From Bacteroidota bacterium (lineage in GTDB: Bacteria; Bacteroidota; Bacteroidia; B-17B0; Aurantibacillaceae), in the NCBI GenBank assembly GCA_021155905.1, contig JAJNBG010000025.1, positions 11,664 to 75,663 on the forward strand: a DNA stretch of 64,000 bases, in the 5' to 3' direction. Under the pieces are notes generated by a model that was not told the DNA's origin, did not search any database, and saw nothing but the letters and a program-made list of their open reading frames with translations. The position numbers and the translations under genes were made by a program. Positions 57,593 to 64,000 of this stretch are shown here, piece by piece; the first letter of the stretch is position 1; each line of letters begins with the position of its first letter.

Positions 57593-59734
57593 ATGAGATT
57601 AAAATTTCTGTTTGTCACCTTCTTATTGATTTTAAGCTGTGGCGGTTTTTCTACTGACATTACCATTGATGGATCTAAATTTACCATTAATGACAAAGTA
57701 AAAAACAGTGTAGACCTTAATGAAAACTGGCGCTTCGCTATTGGAGACAATCCGGATTGGGCAAGGCGGGACTTTGACCATAGTAAATGGGATACTGCGT
57801 ATTTGCCAATTTCCATTGAAAGTTTAATTCCTTTCCATTATAAGGGAAATATTTGGTTCAGATCCACCTTCCTAATCACGCAAAAGGAACTATCCAAGTC
57901 ACTATCCTTGATGGTTAAACAATTTGGTGCTTCTGAAATATATATTGACGGAAAACTCATCCGAAAATTTGGCGTAGTTGGAAACTCTTTAACTACTGAA
58001 GAAGATTTTAATCCGCAAAACATTCCCGAATCTTTTATAATTGACAGTCTTGGAACACACACCATCGCGGTACGCTATTCAAACCATCGTACTTTAAATG
58101 GGAACGAACCTGAAGCAGAACTGGCGGCCTTTGATTTGCATATTGAATTAACCGAGGAAGCCATGCTCGTTTATAAATTCAAAGAGTTTAAAGAAAGCAT
58201 TTTGACTTCAATTGGTATCGGAGGATTTCTTTCTTTAAGTTTAATGAACTTTATTTTATTCCTATTTTATAAAAGGGAGAAAGCAAACCTCTACTATAGT
58301 TTGTTCAGCGCTGCTGTAGCAATCAGTTTCATTCTTCAATCTATTGAATTTAACAGCGGGTCTGCATCTACCGTAGTATTAATGAACCAGCTCAATGTCT
58401 GTTTTGTCTTTTTGTCTAACTTCTTTTTAGTAGCCTTAGTCTACTCATTTGTGTATGAAAAAAATCCTAAGCGCTTATGGATCATTCTTGCATTAACCAT
58501 TCTTGGTTTGATCCTGGTGCCATTTGCTTACGACATTGCTGATACACTCAGTGTTATACTGAATTTGTATTGTGTGATTGAGATCATTGTGATTGTTTTG
58601 AAAGCGTATTTTAAAAGGTACGATCCGACAAAGAAAAAAAGAAAAAGACTCTGGATTGCGTTGGCATCCCTGGGAGCTTTGGCTTGCCTGGGATTGTTGA
58701 TTCATAAAATGATCTCTATTGTGATTTTCATTATCCTCGTTCTGATCATAATATTACCTGTTGCAGGTCTGATCTTTATTGTTCCTGTGTATATGACCAT
58801 CCGACATGCACGGAGTTTTGCTGTGACGAATCAAAACCTGGAAGAACAATTGATACAGGTAAAAGAATTATCAGCAAAAGCGATTGAACAGGAACAGGAG
58901 AAAAAGAAAATTCTCGAATCTCAGAACGAGCGTCTGGAACATATGGTAACTGAACGAACTGCTGAACTGGCGCAAAAAAACAGTGAGATCAAAGACAGTA
59001 TCAATTATGCACAGCGCATTCAGAATGCCATCCTTACTTCAAAATCAGAGATCAACGAAACCCTGAAAGAATGTTTCGTACTGTTTAAGCCAAAAGATGT
59101 TGTGAGCGGTGACTTTTATTTTTATGTAAAAAAAGAAAACACAGTTTTAATTGCTGCAGCCGATTGTACAGGACATGGCGTGCCGGGCGCTTTAATGAGC
59201 ATGATTGGAACAGAAAAACTCATTAGTGCAGCCATGGAAAGTACTAAACCTTCTGTTATACTAAATGCTCTGAATAAAGGAATCAAAACGTCCCTGCGGC
59301 AATCTGACCAGGAAGGATCCACTCGTGACGGAATGGACATTGCACTAACTGCCATTAATCTTGAAACAAAAGAAGTGAGTTATGCCGGTGCCAATCGCCC
59401 GATCTGGATCATCCGAAAGGAAAGTAAAGAAGTGGAAGAAATAAAAGCAACGAAAAAAGCCATTGGAGGCTTCACACCGGATGATCAGCACTTCGAGTCG
59501 CATGACATACAATTAAATTCAGGTGATACTTATTATTTATTCACAGATGGATATGCCGATCAGTTTGGCAATAGTGGAAAAAAACTAATGACTAAAAAAT
59601 TCAGGGAGCTCCTGATTGAGATCCAGCATTTATCTATGGAGCAGCAGGAGAAATACCTGGATGATTTTATCGGGAACTGGAAAAAAGGCGTAGAACAAAT
59701 CGATGATATTTTGGTAATCGGAGTGAGAATTTAA
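57593..59734 (+). CDS. 7TM-DISM receptor fused to a PP2C/SpoIIE-type serine phosphatase
   Basis: 713 aa. Extracytoplasmic 'LNENWRFAIGDNPDWARRDFDHSKWD' (7TMR-DISMED2-like), seven hydrophobic helices, a coiled coil, then 'SGDFYFY', 'AAADCTGHGVPGALMS', 'DGMD', 'TDGYADQFG' and 'DDILVIGVRI'. Confidence 0.88.
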   Translation: MRLKFLFVTFLLILSCGGFSTDITIDGSKFTINDKVKNSVDLNENWRFAIGDNPDWARRDFDHSKWDTAYLPISIESLIPFHYKGNIWFRSTFLITQKELSKSLSLMVKQFGASEIYIDGKLIRKFGVVGNSLTTEEDFNPQNIPESFIIDSLGTHTIAVRYSNHRTLNGNEPEAELAAFDLHIELTEEAMLVYKFKEFKESILTSIGIGGFLSLSLMNFILFLFYKREKANLYYSLFSAAVAISFILQSIEFNSGSASTVVLMNQLNVCFVFLSNFFLVALVYSFVYEKNPKRLWIILALTILGLILVPFAYDIADTLSVILNLYCVIEIIVIVLKAYFKRYDPTKKKRKRLWIALASLGALACLGLLIHKMISIVIFIILVLIIILPVAGLIFIVPVYMTIRHARSFAVTNQNLEEQLIQVKELSAKAIEQEQEKKKILESQNERLEHMVTERTAELAQKNSEIKDSINYAQRIQNAILTSKSEINETLKECFVLFKPKDVVSGDFYFYVKKENTVLIAAADCTGHGVPGALMSMIGTEKLISAAMESTKPSVILNALNKGIKTSLRQSDQEGSTRDGMDIALTAINLETKEVSYAGANRPIWIIRKESKEVEEIKATKKAIGGFTPDDQHFESHDIQLNSGDTYYLFTDGYADQFGNSGKKLMTKKFRELLIEIQHLSMEQQEKYLDDFIGNWKKGVEQIDDILVIGVRI

Positions 59735-60453
59735 AACGTTATTCCAAATCCAAACATTTTAATCGGGTTAAATCGCCACTCAATTTCTGAAGTCCAGCTT
59801 TTACTATCGCGCACGGTTTCATGTCGCCTTGAGTAAGAAAAAATTGCTGAAAGCTCATAAGTTAATACGATATTTTTAGAGACCTTTATTCTAACACCTC
59901 CACCAGGAGCAATTCCAAATAAGTATTGTTCAATGTAAAATGCAGAGGAGGACGAAACAGGTATCGGACTAAAACCAGAGCTCAACCAGTAATTATTTTG
60001 AACCCCGGTAAACTTATCATAGTTAAATACGAGATCAGAAAAAATAAAAGGCTGCACTCTTTTCATTCCAAAACTTCTTTGATAACCAAACTTCAGATCA
60101 TGATTTATTTTAATACCTGCATAAGAATAATCATAAGACATGTACTCATCGATGGTTACTCTTTCCATATCACTATATGCCTTCTGCGAATAGTCGAACG
60201 ATATCCTTAATGCATTCTTCCCTGAATAAAACCTGTAGTAAATTCCGGGGAATACATTGTAACCGGTTTTATAGTAGGAACCACTTGAGGTAATATTGCT
60301 AAGTGGAAATTTTCCAGGGTAAACATTTGTTATGGAAAACAAATTCATGCCCAATTCATGTCGTGGACCACCATCTGTAGCTGTCTCCAATGGCTGCGCA
60401 TTAAAAGTGAGAGGAAACAAAAAGGATAAAATAAACGATATAACTTTCCTCAT
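59731..60453 (-). CDS. predicted outer-membrane beta-barrel protein, function unknown
   Basis: I prefer the start at ATG 60453 (MRKVISFILSFLFPLTFNAQ), because the longer ORF would run into the pdhB terminator hairpin. The C-terminus is 'MFGFGITF'. The stop overlaps the end of the phosphatase gene (convergent). Confidence 0.5.
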   Translation of the reverse strand: MRKVISFILSFLFPLTFNAQPLETATDGGPRHELGMNLFSITNVYPGKFPLSNITSSGSYYKTGYNVFPGIYYRFYSGKNALRISFDYSQKAYSDMERVTIDEYMSYDYSYAGIKINHDLKFGYQRSFGMKRVQPFIFSDLVFNYDKFTGVQNNYWLSSGFSPIPVSSSSAFYIEQYLFGIAPGGGVRIKVSKNIVLTYELSAIFSYSRRHETVRDSKSWTSEIEWRFNPIKMFGFGITF

Positions 60454-60486
60454 GGCAATTAAAACAATTGAATTTGGGTCAAACAA

Positions 60487-60512
60487 AAAGTCCGAACATT
60501 TGTCCGGACTTT
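60487..60512 (-). terminator. Rho-independent terminator of pdhB
   Basis: AAAGTCCG (60487-60494) pairs with CGGACTTT (60505-60512) around a 10-nt loop. On the minus strand it is followed by CTTTTTGTTT. Confidence 0.65.
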
Positions 60513-60529
60513 AAATATTAATAATTAAA

Positions 60530-61513
60530 CTAAGCTTTCTGATACATCACTTCCTTCACCGCTTTCACAGTTCTTGCCACATTCGGCAAGGACGCTTCGA
60601 TCAATGTCGGTGCATAAGGCAAAGGCACATCCGCTGCGGTAATTCGACGGATTGGAGCGTCCAGATAATCAAATGCATCTTTCTGAACACGGAAAGCGAT
60701 CTCTGAAGAAATACTGGCCAGTGGCCATGCTTCTTCAACCACTACCAAGCGGTTTGTTTTCTTAACCGAGTTAATTACCGTATCGTAATCAATCGGACGA
60801 ACAGTTCTTAAATCAATCACCTCTGCACTGATCCCTTCTTTTTCTAACTCTGCGGCAGCTGCTAACGCCACTTTCATAATTTTACCAAAAGAAACAATGG
60901 TCACATCCTTTCCTTCTCTTTTAATATCAGCAACGCCAATCGGGATCAAATATTCCTCTTCCGGAATCTCACATTTATCGCCATACATCTGCTCGCTTTC
61001 CATAAAAATCACGGGATCATTATCGCGAATCGCTGATTTCAACAAGCCTTTCGCATCATACCCATTAGATGGCACAATTACTTTTAAACCCGGGCAATTG
61101 GCATACCAGTTCTCAAACGCCTGTGAGTGCTGTGAACTTAACATTCCTGCACTGGCGGTTGGTCCCCTGAAAACGATCGGGCAGTTATATTGTCCGCCAC
61201 TCATGCTTAAAAATTTCGCCGCAGCGTTGATTATCTGGTCAATCGCTACCAAAGAAAAATTAAAGGTCATGAACTCAATGATCGGACGCAAGCCGTTTAC
61301 GGCTGCTCCTACCCCGATCCCCGCAAAACCAAGCTCTGCAATCGGTGTATCAATGATTCGTTTGGCGCCAAATTCTGCCAGCATTCCTTTACTTACTTTA
61401 TAAGCTCCGTTATATTCGGCCACTTCTTCGCCCATTAAAAAAATGGTCTCATCACGACGCATCTCTTCGTTCATGGCTTCGCGCAGGGCTTCTCTAAATT
61501 CTATTGTTTTCAT
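60530..61513 (-). CDS. pdhB: pyruvate (2-oxoacid) dehydrogenase E1 component, beta subunit
   Basis: 'REALREAMNEEMRRDE.IFLMGEEVAEYNGAYKVSKG', 'DTPIAELGFAGIGVGAA..GLRPI.EFMTFNF' and 'SQHSQ'. I prefer the start at ATG 61513 (MKTIEF..). Confidence 0.9.
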   Translation of the reverse strand: MKTIEFREALREAMNEEMRRDETIFLMGEEVAEYNGAYKVSKGMLAEFGAKRIIDTPIAELGFAGIGVGAAVNGLRPIIEFMTFNFSLVAIDQIINAAAKFLSMSGGQYNCPIVFRGPTASAGMLSSQHSQAFENWYANCPGLKVIVPSNGYDAKGLLKSAIRDNDPVIFMESEQMYGDKCEIPEEEYLIPIGVADIKREGKDVTIVSFGKIMKVALAAAAELEKEGISAEVIDLRTVRPIDYDTVINSVKKTNRLVVVEEAWPLASISSEIAFRVQKDAFDYLDAPIRRITAADVPLPYAPTLIEASLPNVARTVKAVKEVMYQKA

Positions 61514-61697
61514 ATGTATTGCAAAATTCAAATGTAAACAAAAAGCAATGGAATTAAAAGCGAAAGGCCAAAATATAGAAAACGCTTAAAAAGAAGATGA
61601 TTTTACGGCAATCTTATACTTCTCCGGCCTTGTAAAATCCTCTCTTACAGATTTTTATGATTTACCAAAAACAAAGCACAATTTTGCCTGTAATTTC

Positions 61698-61727
61698 TTG
61701 ATTTACCCCCATATTTTTATAAATTTG
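61698..61727 (+). promoter_or_regulatory. Bacteroidota-type promoter, TTG-N19-TAAATTTG, upstream of etfB
   Basis: TTG at 61698-61700 and TAAATTTG at 61720-61727, 24 nt before the etfB ATG. Matches the TTG / TAnnTTTG consensus. Confidence 0.45.
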
Positions 61728-61751
61728 CTCACCTTTTTAAAAACACAAAAA

Positions 61752-62495
61752 ATGAAGATATTAGTCCCGATTAGTAACGTTCCAGATACGACTACTAAAA
61801 TAGCTTTTACCAACGGCGATACAGAATTTAACGCTGCCGGTGTTCAGTTTATCATTAATCCCTATGATGAGTGGTATGCATTGGTTCGCGCCCTGGAATT
61901 AAAGGAAGCGGGTAAAGCAGAAAAAGTAACCCTTATTCATGTTGGTTTAGCGGATGCTGATGCAACGATTCGTAAAGGATTTGCTTTAGGCGCGGATGAT
62001 GGTGTTCGTGTGGATGCTGAAGGCCCGGATGCTTATTTTGTAGCGGAGCAAATTGCAAAATATGCGAAAGAAAACGGGTATGATTTAGTCATGACCGGAA
62101 AAGAAACCATTAATTACAATGGTTCATCAGTTGGTGCAATGGTTGCCGGCTTCATGGATCTTCCGCTGGTATCTATGGCAACAAAATTTGACCTGGATGG
62201 AAACAAAGCAACGGTTGAGCATGATGTTGATGGCGGAACACAGGTAGTGGAATGTGAATTACCATTAGTTGTGACGTGCGCGAAAGGGATGGCGGAGCAA
62301 CGTATTCCAAACATGAAAGGAATTATGAGTGCACGTACCAAACCTTTAACCGTAGTTCCTGCTAGTGGTGCTGATAAATTAACTAACATTAAATCCTATA
62401 CATTATCAGCAGGCAGAACACACTGCAAAATGATTGACGAAAATAACATGGACGAATTAGTTCATTTATTGCACACAGAAGCAAAAGTCATATAA
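61752..62495 (+). CDS. etfB: electron transfer flavoprotein, beta subunit
   Basis: From ATG 61752: 'MKILVPISNVPDTTTKI........FIINPYDEWYALVRALELKE' and 'DLVMTGKETINYNGSSVG'. Confidence 0.92.
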   Translation: MKILVPISNVPDTTTKIAFTNGDTEFNAAGVQFIINPYDEWYALVRALELKEAGKAEKVTLIHVGLADADATIRKGFALGADDGVRVDAEGPDAYFVAEQIAKYAKENGYDLVMTGKETINYNGSSVGAMVAGFMDLPLVSMATKFDLDGNKATVEHDVDGGTQVVECELPLVVTCAKGMAEQRIPNMKGIMSARTKPLTVVPASGADKLTNIKSYTLSAGRTHCKMIDENNMDELVHLLHTEAKVI

Positions 62496-62578
62496 TAAGT
62501 TATAAGAGATGAGTTATTAGTTTTTTGAATTCTCAAAACAACGAAGCTCAAATAACAAACAACTAAATTTTAAAAATT

Positions 62579-63562
62579 ATGTCAGTACTGGTTTACACAG
62601 AAATAAATAAAGGAAAAGTAAAAAAAGCATCCCTGGAAGCTGTTAACTACGCTTCAAAAATAGCTGAATTAACAGGATCAACAGTAACGGCTTTGGCAAT
62701 CAATGCTGATGCTGCCCAATTAGAGGAGATCGGTAAAGCTGGTGCTAAAAAAATATTATCCATTAAAAATGATGCCTTAGCTTCATTAGATGGTATGCTG
62801 ATATCTGCAACTGTTGAGCAAGCTGTAAAAGCAGAAAACGCAAAAATCATCATATTTTCATTTGACATTGTTGGCAAAGCAGTGGCTCCCCGTTTATCTG
62901 CCCGTTTAAATGCAGGTTTAGTAGCTGGCGCCGTTGATTACCCAACGGTGAATGGTAACAACCTTGAAGTAAAGAAAAATGTATTTTCAGGGAAAGCAAC
63001 GGCTGTTTATTCCATCAACAGCGATCTTAAAATCATATCGTTATTACCAAATTCTTTCCCTGTAAAATTAGGTGAGAATTCTGCAACAGTAACTGAATTT
63101 AATCCGGAATTAAGTGGTATCAATTCAAGAATCGTTGTGAAAGAAAAAAAATCAAACGATGTAGGCGGAATGGTTCCATTGGGTGAAGCAGAAGTAGTAG
63201 TTTCTGCCGGTCGCGGAATGAAAGGCCCTGAAAACTGGGCTATGGTGGAGGAACTGGCGAAAGAATTAAAAGCAACAACTGCTTGTTCACGTCCGGTAGC
63301 TGATATGCACTGGAGACCACATCATGAGCATGTTGGACAAACAGGTGTGGCTATCCGTCCGAACTTATATATAGCCATAGGAATCTCTGGTGCTATACAA
63401 CATTTGGCAGGAGTTAACGGTAGCAAAACTATTGTTGTAATTAACAGCGATAAAGAAGCGCCTTTCTTTAAATCAGCAGATTATGGAATTGTTGGAGATG
63501 CGTTTAGCATTGTTCCTAAATTAGTGGAAGCGGTTAAAAAATTTAAAGCGAATCAAAACTAA
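62579..63562 (+). CDS. etfA: electron transfer flavoprotein, alpha subunit
   Basis: 327 aa. 'VVVSAGRGM', 'CSRPVADMHWRPHHEHVGQTG', 'PNLYIAIGISGAIQHLAG' and 'ADYGIVGD'. Confidence 0.93.
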   Translation: MSVLVYTEINKGKVKKASLEAVNYASKIAELTGSTVTALAINADAAQLEEIGKAGAKKILSIKNDALASLDGMLISATVEQAVKAENAKIIIFSFDIVGKAVAPRLSARLNAGLVAGAVDYPTVNGNNLEVKKNVFSGKATAVYSINSDLKIISLLPNSFPVKLGENSATVTEFNPELSGINSRIVVKEKKSNDVGGMVPLGEAEVVVSAGRGMKGPENWAMVEELAKELKATTACSRPVADMHWRPHHEHVGQTGVAIRPNLYIAIGISGAIQHLAGVNGSKTIVVINSDKEAPFFKSADYGIVGDAFSIVPKLVEAVKKFKANQN

Positions 63563-63596
63563 ATCATACTTTTTTAGTATATTAGATACTCTTAAA

Positions 63597-64000
63597 ATGG
63601 GAATGAAAAAAGTCAGATTAGAAATAGTTGGATTATCATTGGAGGTTTCGAAGCGCAGGCGATTGCTATTGAGCTGGAAAAGATGACTCCTACCCGCCCA
63701 TTAACACATGATTTGTTTAAAGCATTCTCTGAAACATTCTCTATCGAAGTCACAGAGATCTTAATATACAATTTAGTAGAAGGTATTTTTTACGCGAAAC
63801 TAATCTGTACGGATGGGACACGTGAAGTGGAAATTGATGCCCGCACAAGTGATGCGATTGCTTTAGCTGTTCGTTTTAACTGCCCGATCTATACCTATGA
63901 ATTTATTTTAAAATCAGCCGGGATAGTTTTGGATGATGAAACCTTACCAGGCAGTGAAAGCACCGCCGTCACTCCTGTTGAAGAAGTATCTTCAACACCG
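63597..64000 (+). pseudogene. bifunctional nuclease family (DUF151) gene, frame-disrupted near the 5' end; the 3' end runs off the window
   Basis: 'MKKVRLEIVGLS' at 63603 onward stops at 63684. 'IIIGGFEAQAIAIELEKMTPTRPLTHDLF...IDARTSDAIALAVRFNCPIYTYEFIL' is in another frame (phased on 63641) and stays open to nt 64000. Confidence 0.7.

Noticed and set aside
8120-60486. Three predicted OMP ORFs have exactly the same track length (251 aa: 8120..8875, 19848..20603, 59731..60486), which hints at a paralogue family.
   Set aside because: No alignable similarity is visible by eye. One of them probably starts 11 codons later, so the equal lengths are coincidence.

Overview
AT-rich chromosomal segment from a member of the Bacteroidota. 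The assignment rests on T9SS cargo with type A and type B C-terminal sorting domains, a PorP/SprF gene, a short 288-aa primary sigma factor and TTG-N18/19-TAnnTTTG promoter boxes. All family calls are from motif recognition by eye; no searches were run.

Most of the window is housekeeping: sodA, rpe, rpoD, recN, fabI, aroA, lipA, ung, hemW, recX, ybaB, phoH-like, secA, pdhB and etfBA. Between these sit several small predicted outer-membrane beta-barrel genes. I recognised no rRNA, tRNA, CRISPR array, transposase, integrase or obvious defence gene.

The accessory content is three T9SS cargo genes:
- a partial one at the left edge;
- a 1768-aa M43 metalloprotease on an Ig-repeat stalk, next to a propeller-type histidine kinase / LytTR regulator pair;
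- a 3972-aa type-B-CTD adhesin with 41 tandem Ig-like units, followed by its own PorP/SprF gene, a PorE-like TPR/beta-propeller/OmpA protein and a 7TM-DISM PP2C phosphatase.

Observations most worth a second look:
1. Repeat units in both giant genes have stretches that are identical in protein but differ at about half of their codons, all synonymously.
2. The adhesin array has exact 651-nt and 657-nt three-unit super-repeats.
3. secA and a DUF151 nuclease gene are each broken by an out-of-frame loss of about 25-30 conserved codons. This is either an assembly artefact or real lesions.
4. A perfect 11-nt direct repeat with 21-nt phasing lies upstream of the kinase/LytTR operon.
5. A translationally coupled module encodes a retropepsin-like protease, RimK and an AstE/AspA-like hydrolase.

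I see no clearly novel multi-gene system beyond these.
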